Shown here: positions 1 through 10,600 of the stretch, in pieces | Layout of the letters: every line of letters starts with the position of its first letter | Position numbering within the stretch: the first letter of the stretch is position 1 | Origin: Acidimicrobiia bacterium | GTDB taxonomy: Bacteria > Actinomycetota > Acidimicrobiia > Spongiisociales > UBA5794 | NCBI GenBank assembly: GCA_041581135.1 | Contig: JBFGCM010000003.1 | Coordinates: forward strand, 9,479 to 73,478 | Reading direction: 5' to 3' | Length of the DNA stretch: 64,000 nt | The notes under the pieces: model-generated | What the model saw: the letters and a program-made list of their open reading frames with translations, nothing else | What the model was told of the DNA's origin: nothing | Database searches by the model: none | Position numbers and translations under genes: made by a program

Positions 1-2
1 GG

Positions 3-854
3 CCGAATACTCGGCTCGTGTTTGCCGAGACGCTGGGCAACCCGGGCCTGGAGGTGCTCGACATCGAACGCGTTGCCGCCATCGCCCACGACGCCGGCCT
101 GCCGCTGATGCTCGACAACACCTTCGCCACGCCCTACCTGCTCCGCCCCATCGAGCACGGTTGCGACATCGTGCTGCATTCGGCGACCAAATGGCTGGGC
201 GGCCACGGTGTGGCGATCGCAGGAGTCTTGGTGGATGCCGGCCACTTCGACTGGGAGGGGAGTGGCAACTTCCCGACCCTCACGGAGCCGTATGCCGGCT
301 ACCACGGCATCGACTTCGTGGAGGAGTTCGGTCCGGCGGCGTTCTCGATGCGGGCCCGGGCCGAAGGCCTGCGGGACTTCGGCGCGGCGGTGAGCCCGGC
401 CAACGCCTTCTACATCCTCCAGGGTGTCGAGACCCTGCCCTTGCGGATGGCGCGTCACGTCTCCAACACGGCCGCCGTGCTGGAATTCCTCGAGGGTCAC
501 GATGCGGTGTCATGGGTATCGCATCCCACCCTGCCTCACCACCCCGACCACGCCCTCGCCAACAAGCTGCTTCCCAGAGGTGCCGGGTCCATCGTGGGGT
601 TCGGCGTCAAGGGCGGACGGGACGCCGGGCGCACATTCATCGAGTCGTGCCGGTTGGCATCTCATCTCGCCAACGTCGGTGACGCCAAGACGCTGGTCAT
701 CCACCCGGGCAGCACCACGCACCAACAGATGTCCGCCGAGCAGCTCGAGGCCGCCGGCGTCGGAGAAGACCGCGTTCGTCTCTCCGTCGGCCTCGAGGAC
801 CCCGAGGACATCATCGCCGACCTGGCGCAGGCGCTACGCGCCTCACAGCGGTAG
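3..854 (+). CDS. metY: O-acetylhomoserine/O-acetylserine sulfhydrylase (PLP-dependent Cys/Met metabolism enzyme), C-terminal part; 5' end outside window
   Basis: The frame is open from the window edge. The translation has FAETLGNP, DNTFATPYL and the PLP-lysine motif HSATKWLGGHG typical of MetY/CysD-type enzymes. Stop TAG at 852-854. Confidence 0.9.
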   Translation, partial: PNTRLVFAETLGNPGLEVLDIERVAAIAHDAGLPLMLDNTFATPYLLRPIEHGCDIVLHSATKWLGGHGVAIAGVLVDAGHFDWEGSGNFPTLTEPYAGYHGIDFVEEFGPAAFSMRARAEGLRDFGAAVSPANAFYILQGVETLPLRMARHVSNTAAVLEFLEGHDAVSWVSHPTLPHHPDHALANKLLPRGAGSIVGFGVKGGRDAGRTFIESCRLASHLANVGDAKTLVIHPGSTTHQQMSAEQLEAAGVGEDRVRLSVGLEDPEDIIADLAQALRASQR

Positions 855-857
855 CCG

Positions 858-1634
858 ATGCAGCTGTCTGTCGGCGGCGAAACCGTCTTTGCCGCCACCG
901 GGGGTACGACGTTCGATCGCGATCTGCCGACGATCGTGTTCCTCCACGGGTCGGGCGCCAACCGGACCGTGTGGGCACTCCCCGCCCGCTACTTCGCCCA
1001 CCACGGCTACTCCGTGCTCGCAGTCGACCTGCCGGGCCACGGGCGGAGTACCGGCGAGCCGCTGCCGGCCATCGCCGACATGGCCGAGTGGCTGGTGGCC
1101 GTGCTCGACGCAGCCGGCGTCGCCAAGGCGAGCTTGGTCGGGCACTCGATGGGATCCCTCGTCGCCTTGGAGTGCGCCGTTCGTCACCCCGATCGGGTCC
1201 GCTCGCTCGCGCTCCTCGGAGCCGCAGCCGAGATGCCGGTCTCCGATGCCCTCCTCAGCGCAGACGACGATCTCGCCGCCCGGCTTATCGTCTCGTGGGG
1301 CCATGGTGACGCCGGACATGTCGGCGGCCAGAAATCACCCGGCTCCTGGGTCATGGGGGCCGCGCTGCAACTGCTCCGGGAGGCGCAGCCTGGAGTCATT
1401 CACACCGACCTCGCCGCCAGCAACGGGTACTCGGCGCGTGAGGAGGTGCCTTCGGTGAAGATGCCGGTACTGGTCATCTGCGGTGAGCGGGATCGGATGA
1501 CCCGGGCATCGGCAGGCCGGGACCTGGCGCAGTTGCTGCCGGACGCCCGTTGCGAGGTGATCCCGATGGCGGGCCACATGATGCACACCGAGAAGCCCGA
1601 CGAGACGCTGGCCCTGCTCCATTCCTTCCTCTGA
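858..1634 (+). CDS. alpha/beta-fold hydrolase
   Basis: ATG lies 3 nt after the metY stop. HGSGAN motif, nucleophile elbow GHSMGS and a C-terminal His region (MAGHMMH). 258 aa. Confidence 0.8.
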   Translation: MQLSVGGETVFAATGGTTFDRDLPTIVFLHGSGANRTVWALPARYFAHHGYSVLAVDLPGHGRSTGEPLPAIADMAEWLVAVLDAAGVAKASLVGHSMGSLVALECAVRHPDRVRSLALLGAAAEMPVSDALLSADDDLAARLIVSWGHGDAGHVGGQKSPGSWVMGAALQLLREAQPGVIHTDLAASNGYSAREEVPSVKMPVLVICGERDRMTRASAGRDLAQLLPDARCEVIPMAGHMMHTEKPDETLALLHSFL

Positions 1635-1668
1635 GCGGCCGGGGTCCCGAAAACCTAGGATCGAGCCG

Positions 1669-2535
1669 GTGAAGCTCCACCTCCTGGACGGCACCTACGA
1701 GCTGTTTCGGTCCTACTTCGGCGCGCCCAAACGCAAGTCACCGGAGGGGATGGAGATCGGCGCCATCGCCGGAGTGGTCGCCAGCACGTTGAATCTGCTC
1801 GAAGAAGATGGGGTCACCCATCTCGCTGCCGCCTTCGACACTCGCATCGAGTCGTTCCGCAACGACATCTTTCCCGGTTACAAGACCGGCGCCGGCATCG
1901 ACCCGGAACTGCTCGCCCAGTTTCCGCTGGCCGAACAGGCGATGGCCGCCATGGGCGTGACGGTGTGGCCGATGGTGGAGTACGAAGCCGACGATGCCAT
2001 CGCCACCGCAGCGGCTCGCTGGGCGGGCGACGTGGAGCAGGTGGTGATCCTGAGCCCGGACAAGGACATGGCCCAGTGCGTCGTCGGTCAGAGGGTCGTC
2101 GGGTTCAGTCGGCGCGACGGCAAGTTCATCGACGAGGCGGGAGTGCACGACAAGTTCGGCATCCGCCCGGCCTCGATACCCGACTACCTGGCGCTCGTCG
2201 GCGATTCGGCGGACGGCCTGCCCGGCGTGCCCGGGTGGGGTGCCAAGTCATCCAGCCTGGTCCTCGACCGGTATGACCATCTCGAGCACATCCCCCTGGA
2301 GGCGGCGCTGTGGGACGTGCCGGTGCGGGGGAGCGAGCGGTTGGTGGCGTCGTTGCGCGCCGGAATGGCGGATGCGCTCCTCTACCGGTATCTCGCCATG
2401 CTTCGCACCGACGTGCCGCTCGCCGAGGAGCTCGACGACCTCGAGTGGGGCGGCGTGATGCGCGAGCCCTACGAGCTGCTCTGCACCGCTCTCGGTCTCG
2501 ATCGGTTGATGAAGCGGCCCACCCGCTGGCAGTGA
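1669..2535 (+). CDS. 5'-3' exonuclease (Pol I 5'-nuclease / FEN-like, stand-alone)
   Basis: GTG start. N-terminal LLDGTYELFRSYF and acidic EYEADD motifs, plus the H3TH-type motif DGLPGVPGWGAKS. Confidence 0.85.
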   Translation: MKLHLLDGTYELFRSYFGAPKRKSPEGMEIGAIAGVVASTLNLLEEDGVTHLAAAFDTRIESFRNDIFPGYKTGAGIDPELLAQFPLAEQAMAAMGVTVWPMVEYEADDAIATAAARWAGDVEQVVILSPDKDMAQCVVGQRVVGFSRRDGKFIDEAGVHDKFGIRPASIPDYLALVGDSADGLPGVPGWGAKSSSLVLDRYDHLEHIPLEAALWDVPVRGSERLVASLRAGMADALLYRYLAMLRTDVPLAEELDDLEWGGVMREPYELLCTALGLDRLMKRPTRWQ

Positions 2536-2637
2536 TGCTCCCCACCGTGGTCCGGTCGCCGGGCGAGATCGGCGCCAGACGCTCATGCACACCGGCGTCA
2601 GATCAGTACCCCTCCGGCCGGCGGTAGCCTGCGGATC

Positions 2638-3456
2638 GTGCAGTCAGACCCAGGCTTCTTCGGGCCGGATTCCATGATGTGGCGGGTCAACCGCGAGATG
2701 ACCACGCTCTTCGGCGGTGCCCTGGCGCTGTTCTATCACGCTGCACATCCGTTGGTGGCAGCCGGCGCCCGCCAGACCGGTGGATATCGTCGTGACCCCT
2801 GGGCACGACTGATCCGCACCGTGCAGCTCCAGAACCTGGTCACGTTCGGCTCCGAACGCGAGTCGAGGGAGGCGGCGAACCGCATCAACAAGCTGCACAA
2901 GGTGGTGCACGGGGCTGACGAGGTGACCGGAGAGTGGTATGACGCGCTCGACTACGAGCAGCTGCTGTGGGTGCACATCGCCCTCGAGGTGAGCACGCTG
3001 CGGTTCTACGAGCTGACGGTCGGTCCGTTGAGCGACGCCGAGAAGCAGCAGTACCACGTGGAGAACGCCGTCGCTGCCGAACTGATGCTCGTGCCGTCCG
3101 ACTACATCCCGGCCACGTATGCCGCCGCGCTCGGCTGGGTCGATCAGGTGATCGACTCCGGCCGTCTCCAGGTGACCGATGTCGCTCGCGAGGTGGAGTG
3201 GCTCATCCGTACCGGCCCGGTGCCGACCCGCATCAAGCCCATCTGGAAGTTCATCGCCTTGGCCTCCGTGGGAACCATGGACCCGCGGCTGCGGGACCTC
3301 TACGGGCTCACCTGGCACCCCTGGCAGCAGAAGGTGCTGGACGCCAACTTCGCACTGATGCGGGCCGCCCACCCCTTCATTCCCTACCGGTTCCGTATCA
3401 CGTTGCCGGCGCGATGGGCGGAGCTGCGGATGGCCCACCCCCTGCCGGCCCTCTGA
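2638..3456 (+). CDS. DUF2236 / MpaB-family oxygenase-like protein
   Basis: The N-terminus GPDSMMWRVNRE...LFYHAAHPLVAAG and the 272-aa length match my recollection of the DUF2236 family. The assignment is by motif only. Confidence 0.65.
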   Translation: MQSDPGFFGPDSMMWRVNREMTTLFGGALALFYHAAHPLVAAGARQTGGYRRDPWARLIRTVQLQNLVTFGSERESREAANRINKLHKVVHGADEVTGEWYDALDYEQLLWVHIALEVSTLRFYELTVGPLSDAEKQQYHVENAVAAELMLVPSDYIPATYAAALGWVDQVIDSGRLQVTDVAREVEWLIRTGPVPTRIKPIWKFIALASVGTMDPRLRDLYGLTWHPWQQKVLDANFALMRAAHPFIPYRFRITLPARWAELRMAHPLPAL

Positions 3457-3493
3457 GCATGACGCAGCTCCCACATGCCGCCGACTCGCAGCC

Positions 3494-4912
3494 GTGAGTG
3501 AGTTCGACGTCGTGGTGGTCGGATCCGGCCCCAACGGCTTGTCTGCCGCCGTCGAGCTCGCTCGCAGCGGCGCCCGCGTGCTGGTCCTGGAGGGGGCTTC
3601 CACCGTGGGAGGCGGATGCCGAACGGAGGAGCTCACCCTCCCCGGTTTCCACCATGACGTGTGTGCCGCGTTTCATCCACTCGGCATCTCCTCGCCGTTC
3701 TTTCGGGCGTTGCCCCTCGAGGACCACGGCTTGCGCTGGCTGCACCCCGAGGTCTGCGTTTCCCACCCGCTGCCGGCCGGACGGGCCGCGACGATGATGC
3801 GCTCCCTCGAGGACACCATCAGCGGGTTGGGCGTGGACGGCGACGCCTATCGGCGTTTGATCCAACCGCTGGTCTCCGATGCAGATGCCGTGCTCGCCGA
3901 GGCGCTCGGACCGATCATCCACCGGCCGCGAAGCCTGACGGCGTTGGTCCGGCTCGGCCTTGCGGGCCTGCCGTCGGCGACGAGGACGGCGGCACGGTTC
4001 GGCACCCAGGAGGGCCGGGCGCTCCTCGCCGGCACCGCGGCCCACAGCTTCGGACTTCTGTCGTCGCCGTTCACCGCGGCGGTTGCGGTGATGCTTTTGC
4101 TGGCCGGCCATCACCGCGGGTGGCCAGTCGCCGAGGGTGGGTCTGCCGCCATCACCGATGCGCTCGTCTCGTACCTCGAGTCTCTCGGAGGCACGGTGCA
4201 GACCGGTGTCTGGGTGCGCGATCTCGATGACGTCCCGCCGGCTACTGCAGTCCTGTTCGACGTGGCTCCGTCGCACCTCGCCGCCATCTGTGGTGATCGG
4301 CTGCCGGCGGGGTATCGCACGCGGCTGTTTCGATGGCGCCACGGCCCGGGGGCATTCAAGCTCGATGTCGCTCTCGACGGGCCCGTGCCGTGGACCGACG
4401 CGGCGAGCCGGCGCGCCGGCACCGTGCACGTCGGGGGCACGTTCCAGGAGGTGGCTGCTGCCGAGGCGGACGTGGTGCGAGGGGTGCACCCGGAGCGGCC
4501 GTTCGTCCTGGTCGGACAGCAATCGGTGCAAGATCCGACCCGGGCGCCTGTAGGGCGGCACACGGTGTGGGCCTACACCCACGTTCCGGCCGGCTCCACC
4601 GTCGACATGACCGAGCGGATCGAGGCCCAGATCGAGCGGTTCGCCCCCGGCTTCCGAGACCGCATTCTGGCTCGTGCCACCATGAACCCCCGCAGGCTGG
4701 AGTCACACAATCCCAACTACATCGGGGGGGATGTGGCCGGGGGCGCGTTCGACATGCGCCAGCTCGTGGCACGACCGGTACCGGCATTGGACCCGTACGC
4801 CACACCGCTCCCGGGCGTCTACCTCTGCTCCGCCTCCACACCGCCCGGCGCCGGCGTCCACGGTATGTGCGGGTATCAGGCCGCCCGCTCGGTGCTACGC
4901 CGCCACGGTTGA
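3494..4912 (+). CDS. NAD(P)/FAD-dependent oxidoreductase, phytoene-desaturase (CrtI/COG1233) family
   Basis: Rossmann motif DVVVVGSGPNGLSAAVELARSGARVLVLE at the N-terminus. 472 aa with clean coding composition. Confidence 0.8.
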   Translation: MSEFDVVVVGSGPNGLSAAVELARSGARVLVLEGASTVGGGCRTEELTLPGFHHDVCAAFHPLGISSPFFRALPLEDHGLRWLHPEVCVSHPLPAGRAATMMRSLEDTISGLGVDGDAYRRLIQPLVSDADAVLAEALGPIIHRPRSLTALVRLGLAGLPSATRTAARFGTQEGRALLAGTAAHSFGLLSSPFTAAVAVMLLLAGHHRGWPVAEGGSAAITDALVSYLESLGGTVQTGVWVRDLDDVPPATAVLFDVAPSHLAAICGDRLPAGYRTRLFRWRHGPGAFKLDVALDGPVPWTDAASRRAGTVHVGGTFQEVAAAEADVVRGVHPERPFVLVGQQSVQDPTRAPVGRHTVWAYTHVPAGSTVDMTERIEAQIERFAPGFRDRILARATMNPRRLESHNPNYIGGDVAGGAFDMRQLVARPVPALDPYATPLPGVYLCSASTPPGAGVHGMCGYQAARSVLRRHG

Positions 4913-4964
4913 CGGTCAAGTGCGGCCTGTTGCAGCCCGATACATCTGCAGAGGAACCACACAG

Positions 4965-5444
4965 ATGGCCACGTCTCACATACGCGTCCAAGGAGCCGGA
5001 TTCAGCCTGGCTCGATCGGTATTGGTCGCGCTCGCCGCCGCTGCAGCTGCGGCCGCGGTGTGGTTCCTCGGCGTTTCGTTGCTGGGATACGTCTCGTGGC
5101 TGCGGAACTACCTCGGCGTTCTCAGCCTCGGTGTGGGTGCAGGGGCCGCATATGGTGCGCTGTGGGGAGCAAATGAGCATCGAGGCTGGAGAATCCAGGC
5201 CATCTCCGTGCTGGCGGCCGTCGTCATGCTGGCCATCGGCCAGGCGTGGGTGACGCGACTCGTGATCATCCGTGACGCCGCCACAGTGCTCGACGTCCAC
5301 GGCGCCGCCATCATCGCCCCCGTGTCGACCTACTGGCGGGTGATGTCGATCGGTTTGTTCGGCACCAATCCCCCTGGGATCGTGTACTGGGGTATCGCCA
5401 TCGGCTATGCCATCGCCATCCCGAGGGCTCGCGACGAGTTCTGA
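4965..5444 (+). CDS. hypothetical integral membrane protein (about 4 TM)
   Basis: I chose the internal ATG (MATSHIRV...) of ORF 4731..5444 because the upstream part overlaps the previous CDS and is Arg/Pro-rich. Several hydrophobic helices are present (VLVALAAAAAAAAVWFLGVSLLGYV, ISVLAAVVMLAIG, etc). Confidence 0.6.
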   Translation: MATSHIRVQGAGFSLARSVLVALAAAAAAAAVWFLGVSLLGYVSWLRNYLGVLSLGVGAGAAYGALWGANEHRGWRIQAISVLAAVVMLAIGQAWVTRLVIIRDAATVLDVHGAAIIAPVSTYWRVMSIGLFGTNPPGIVYWGIAIGYAIAIPRARDEF

Positions 5445-5448
5445 GTGC

Positions 5449-5769
5449 TCAGCGGGGTGAGACCCGCTCCTGGTGGTCGGCGTTCGCCTCCATCTCGCGG
5501 ACGTAGGACTCGATCTTGCGCTCTTCCCACTCGGCGGCGAATCGGCTGCCGCTGAAGAAGAGCGTCACGGCGTGGGCGGCCACGCCAATCCCCCAGCCAA
5601 ACAGCACCCACATGAAGAACCAGCCTTCACCGGTGAAGACGTCGATGATGAACAGTGCGGCGTTCACCAGCAGGTAGATCGCCAGGTGGATGTAGAACCC
5701 CCTGATCTCCTCGACGCGCTCCCGCGCCTTGGCATAGAGATCGTTGGGCGTCATGGAACCGGTGGTCAT
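5449..5769 (-). CDS. 2TM domain-containing small membrane protein
   Basis: Start taken at the internal ATG (MTTGSMTPNDLY...). The pattern RVEEIRGFYIHLAIYLLVNAALFIID...WFFMWVLFGWGIGVAAHA matches the 2TM-domain architecture. Confidence 0.7.
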   Translation of the reverse strand: MTTGSMTPNDLYAKARERVEEIRGFYIHLAIYLLVNAALFIIDVFTGEGWFFMWVLFGWGIGVAAHAVTLFFSGSRFAAEWEERKIESYVREMEANADHQERVSPR

Positions 5770-5863
5770 CCGTACCACCTCCTGTCCACATCGAACCTGA
5801 GGGTCGGAGTCCGGCCTAGGGCCGAAGGTCCGCTCCGGTCTCGATCGGCGCGACAATGGCGCC

Positions 5864-6559
5864 ATGTGCGGACGATTCGTGCAGGCGGAACCAGTGGACT
5901 ACTACGCCGACTTCCTGGCTGCGGCCACGGTGAAGACCGAGGCGCTGAAGAAGAGTTGGAACGTCGCACCCACCGATTCGGTCTATGCGGCGGCAGAGTT
6001 CAAGGGAGAGCGTCAGCTCGGGACGTTCCGATGGGGTCTGCTGCCGTTCTGGGCCAAGGACCGCAAGATGGCGGCGCGCAACATCAACGCCCGTGCCGAG
6101 ACCGTGGCAGAGAAGCCGGCCTTCCGTGACTCGTTCGCCCGGAAGCGGTGCCTCATCCCCGCCGACGGGTTCTACGAGTGGGAGCCGAAAGAGCGCGGCA
6201 AGCTGCCGCACTTCATCCACTCCATCGATGGCAAGCCGCTGGCGCTGGCAGGGCTGTGGTCGTCGTGGCGTGACCCCGAAACCGCCGAACGCCTCAAGAC
6301 GTGCACGATCATCACCGGCCGACCGAACAGCGTGGTGAGCCCCATCCACGATCGCATGCCGGTGGCTCTGCTTCACGATGCATGGGACACCTGGCTCGAT
6401 CCCGACTTTCACGATGTCGATGTGTTGCTGGATCTGCTCAAGCCGATCCCGGGCCGCTTGGTGACCGCATACCCCGTTTCGACGCTGGTCAACAAGGTGC
6501 AGAACAACGTCCCCGAGTGCATCGCGCCGCTGGAGACCCCCGCTGCGGATGCCGACTAG
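5864..6559 (+). CDS. yedK: SOS-response-associated peptidase (SRAP/YedK, abasic-site DNA-protein crosslink family)
   Basis: Canonical MCGRF N-terminus with catalytic Cys2. 231 aa with conserved SRAP-like core (WNVAPT, ADGFYEW). Confidence 0.9.
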   Translation: MCGRFVQAEPVDYYADFLAAATVKTEALKKSWNVAPTDSVYAAAEFKGERQLGTFRWGLLPFWAKDRKMAARNINARAETVAEKPAFRDSFARKRCLIPADGFYEWEPKERGKLPHFIHSIDGKPLALAGLWSSWRDPETAERLKTCTIITGRPNSVVSPIHDRMPVALLHDAWDTWLDPDFHDVDVLLDLLKPIPGRLVTAYPVSTLVNKVQNNVPECIAPLETPAADAD

Positions 6560-6583
6560 CTGCGATGCCCGGTGACGGGCGGC

Positions 6584-6997
6584 TCAGGAAGCCGTCGTCT
6601 TGCCGCCGGGAACGAGGTGGGCGATGGTGGCGCCGAGGAGCGCTCCGATCACGCCCAGCAGCAGTGCTTCCAGCAGCAGGCTCATGCCGTCCACCAGCGG
6701 CACCCCGTCGAGCCGGCGACCGATCCTGAGCAGCAGCGCCACGATCGCGACGTTGATCAGCCCGGCGACACCGGCTCCGAGGCCGGCCGGCCAGCTCAGC
6801 CGGGGACCTCCGTGCAGCCGATACGCAATGGGCATGACGGCGGCGACGATGAAGGGAAAGAGAAAGTAGTTGGACTCCGGGTTGAGCCACCCGACCACAG
6901 CCCACACCGCCGCAATGCTGCCGGAGAGGTAGACGAACGGGTTTCTGTCGGCGTTGTCAGGATCGTGTTCCTCGGCCACGGCACCTCTGGCCCGCAT
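6584..6997 (-). CDS. hypothetical integral membrane protein (about 4 TM)
   Basis: The internal ATG at 6995-6997 (MRARGAVAEEH...) overlaps the stop of the upstream small ORF by 1 nt (TGATG on the minus strand). The rest of the protein is hydrophobic. Confidence 0.55.
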   Translation of the reverse strand: MRARGAVAEEHDPDNADRNPFVYLSGSIAAVWAVVGWLNPESNYFLFPFIVAAVMPIAYRLHGGPRLSWPAGLGAGVAGLINVAIVALLLRIGRRLDGVPLVDGMSLLLEALLLGVIGALLGATIAHLVPGGKTTAS

Positions 6998-7173
6998 CAG
7001 TGAAGCGTTCTGAGCCCGAACCAAGCATACGTGAGGATCCACACTCCCACCGTGAACAGGCGCCACTCGGGATATCGCCTCACCAGAAACAATGCGGCAG
7101 CGAAGATCACGGTGGCGGCGGCCACTTGGGCCAACACCCCGCCGTCGGTGCTGGGGAGGAGCAGATCGATCAC
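6997..7173 (-). CDS. small hydrophobic protein (58 aa), below the ORF-track length cutoff
   Basis: Hand translation of the minus strand from GTG 7171-7173 gives VIDLLLPSTDGGVLAQVAAATVIFAAALFLVRRYPEWRLFTVGVWILTYAWFGLRTLH, then stop at 6997-6999. It has two hydrophobic helices. Its stop overlaps the next ATG. Confidence 0.45.
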   Translation of the reverse strand: MIDLLLPSTDGGVLAQVAAATVIFAAALFLVRRYPEWRLFTVGVWILTYAWFGLRTLH

Positions 7174-7225
7174 GTCACGGCAACCGGGGTGGCGTGGTGA
7201 TTCTTCCGGCCGCTATGTTGCAGGG

Positions 7226-7507
7226 ATGCTGCACCCGGTCTTGGACGGTGCCTTCGACGATCTGCTGGCGGCATGGCGCCGGTATCAGGAGCGCCCCCAC
7301 CGGCTCCTGGATCTGGCGACCGCTCGTGCCCGACTCGACGAGGAGCGGTGGCGGGTGCACCGGCTGCGCCGGGCGCTGCATCCCGAGGCTGCAGAGGCAG
7401 GGGAGGCACGTGAAGTGGTCACGTGCCCGGTGCTGGATGCACAGGTGTTTCTCTACGGCGGCGAGGAGCCGACGTGTGTGTGCGGCGAGCTGGCGCACAA
7501 CGGGTGA
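7226..7507 (+). CDS. hypothetical small protein (93 aa) with C-terminal Cys cluster (TCP...TCVCGE)
   Basis: Internal ATG (MLHPVLDGAF...) of ORF 7031..7507. The upstream part overlaps the small minus-strand ORF. No recognisable family. Confidence 0.4.
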   Translation: MLHPVLDGAFDDLLAAWRRYQERPHRLLDLATARARLDEERWRVHRLRRALHPEAAEAGEAREVVTCPVLDAQVFLYGGEEPTCVCGELAHNG

Positions 7508-7611
7508 CCTGGCGTACTGACTAGCGCGGCTGCTTCTCGGCAGAACGGTGCGCGTTGGTCAGCCCATAACGGGCTACCTTGTAGCTACTCTCATCAGAGG
7601 AGCCAGGGGGA

Positions 7612-10600
7612 ATGAAGCCACTGCGATTGATGCTGGCGCTCGTCGTGGCGTGCACGACGGTCCTCGCCGCCGATGCCGCACACGCCGCGCCGGGATCGAT
7701 CGACGGCACCGTCACGGTCGACGGGGCGGTCGCGTCCGGCGTCACCGTGGCCGCGTTCGACGTGTCCAACCAGCTGGTCGGGTCCGACGTCACGGATGGT
7801 TCCGGCGCGTACAGCATCGCCGGCCTCGACCCGGCGGACTATCGCGTCCGGTTCGATCCCGGGCCCGGGATCGGCATCGAGTGGTACATCGACCAGTACT
7901 CGTGGACCACGGCCACCCCGGTCACCGTCCCCGACGGCGGGGCGGTCGCCGGCATCGACGGTCAGCTGAGCACCCTCACCGGATCGCCGGGCACCATCAC
8001 AGGCACCGTCACCAACAGCAGCACCGGCGACCCCATCGGCGGCATCTGTGTCACCGCCTACACGGAGTTCGGCTCCGTCGTCGCCGGCAGCGACACGAGC
8101 GATTCCGGTGGGGTGTACTCCATCGGAGTGATCGAAACCGGCCAGCAGGTCGACTTCTTCAAGGTCGAGTTCGTCGACTGCGGCATCGGGGTCCGACTCA
8201 CCGAGTGGTACGACGACGAGCGCAACTACGAGGAAGCGACTCCCGTGGCGGTGACGCGGGGCCAGACCACGACGGGCATCGACGGGCCGCTCGATGGCGC
8301 CGGTGAGATCCAGGGGATGGTTCGCTATCAGGGCGGTGGCCAGCCCGATGAGTACTGCATCAACCTGTTCGACGCCACCAGCGGAGCGACCTTCCCATTG
8401 CTCGCCGACTTGGAGAGCGCCACTGCGGTCGGTTCACCGACCTACGTGGTGTCGGGCATCGTGCCGGGCACGTACTACTTGCAGGCGGCGCCGTGCTCTA
8501 GTGGCAACCTGGTTCCCGGTTGGTACGGCAGCATCGATGGCTCGTTCGAGGATGCCCTGGGGCTCGTCATCGGCAGCGACGAGACGTTCACCGGGGTCGA
8601 CATCACCACGTACCGCGGCAACAGCGCGTTCACCGTGTTGAGCACGGGTCAGTCCGCCACCACCGACACCGGCAACGGAGCCACGGCGGGCGACCCCTTG
8701 GTCAGTACGCTGGCCATCGTGGGCCCCGGCTCGTTCGAGGACTACGTCTTGGTCGTCGAACCGGCCACTCCCAGAGGACCGACGCCGTCTGAGCTCGTGC
8801 CCTTCGGTTTCGAGACCGAGATCGACGTGCCGCCCCTCCCGGCAGGCGTGACCTACGCGGCCACCTTCGAGATCGACGCCGGCGTGGTTCCCGGGGGCCA
8901 CGACAGGCTGAGCCTGGCGGTGGGCTACGACGGTCTCTTGGTTCCCGACTGCACCGGGCCGGATCCGGTGCTGCCCTGCGTCATGTCGCGAACCGTGCAA
9001 GGCGACACTGATGTCGTGATCAGCGTGGCCGGCGAGACCTCCGGCATCTTCTCCTTCGGAACGCCCGCGGGCGGTGTGATCCGAGGCAGCGTGACGGCGG
9101 ACGTCGGTGGGGCGGCACTCGCCGGGATCTGCGTCTTCGGTGATGTCGCCGGCAGTACCGCCGCGGCCGTCACCACGGCCGTCGGGACCTACGCACTGGG
9201 TCTCGGACTCGCAGGCGACGTGAAGGTCTCCTTCCAGGACTGCGCCGATCCAGTGAGCCCGGCGTATGCCACCGAGTGGTACGACAACGTGCCGGACGCA
9301 GGAGCCGCCACCACGGTCGCCGTGTCCGGTGGCGCCATCGTCTCGGGCATCGATGCCTCGCTGGCACCCGCCGCTTCGATCCGAGGGGTCGTCACGGACG
9401 GTTCCACCGGACTGCCATTCGTCGGTCCGGACCAGGCGCCCGGTGTCGAGGGGCTCTGCGCCAATGCCGTCGCCGGCGGCTACCGCGTGGGGCCGCCCGC
9501 ATGGGTGCAGGCTGACGGTACCTATCGGCTGGTCGGGCTCTCCGCAGGCACGTTCACGGTGCTGGTGGGCCCTTGCGGCAACGAACCGGCACCAGGTTCG
9601 TACGTTCCCACCTGGTACGACGCTGCCGCCGGGTCAGTGCAACCGGCGGACGCTGCCGGCGTGGTGGTGACCACCGGTGGCGAAACCGCCGGTATCGACC
9701 TGACCGTCGACGAGGGCGTCTCGGCCCATCTGCTCGACGCCGAAGCCGGCGAAGCCGTCGTGCTCGATCTGGCCGCCGGCATAGGCGTGACCCTCAGCCA
9801 TCCCTCGGGTGGATACCTGGCCGCCATCGTCGCTCCGGGCTCCTCCGGTGGGGGATTCCTCGGCCTCGACGTCACCCTGATCCACCACAACGGCGGCCCC
9901 GGGACCCCGGCAAGCGCTACCTTCACGGTGCCGGCGGCGAGCATCCCGGCCGGGGCGGCGCCCTTCCACCTGGATCCCTACTTCGACGGCACCACGGTGG
10001 TGCCGTGCGTCGTCGCCGGCGCCGATCCATGCTCCTCGGCGAAGTACCTCTCGTCGGGCGGTCATGCCGTCGCCGTCCTCGCCGGTGCTCCCGGCACCTG
10101 GACGTTCGCCTACGACGTGCCGCCGGTCCTGCCCGGTCCATGGACCGACTCGTTCGTGGGCGACTTCGATGGTGACGGCCTCGACGACCTCGCTCTCTAC
10201 ACCGAGTCTGACGGTACATGGTGGGTGCATCGATCCAGCTCGTACGACTTCGTGCCGGAGTGGTGGGCGACGTTCAGCACCACGACGGGCTGGTCACCTC
10301 AGCTCGTCGGTGATTTCACTGGTGACGGGTTGGATGACATCGTGTCCTATCACGAGGGGACGGGTCGGTGGTGGGTGAACCGGTCGACGGGTTCGTCGTT
10401 CGTGTTGGAGTGGTGGGCGACGTTCAGCACCACGTCGGGGTGGGATCCCCAGCTGGTGGGTGATTTCACCGGTGACGGCAAGGACGACGTCGTGTCCTAT
10501 CACGAGGGGACGGGTCGGTGGTGGGTGAACCGTTCCACCGGCAGCACCTTCGGCCTCGAGCTGTGGACCACGTTCGGCACCAAGTCGGGTTGGGGGCCAC

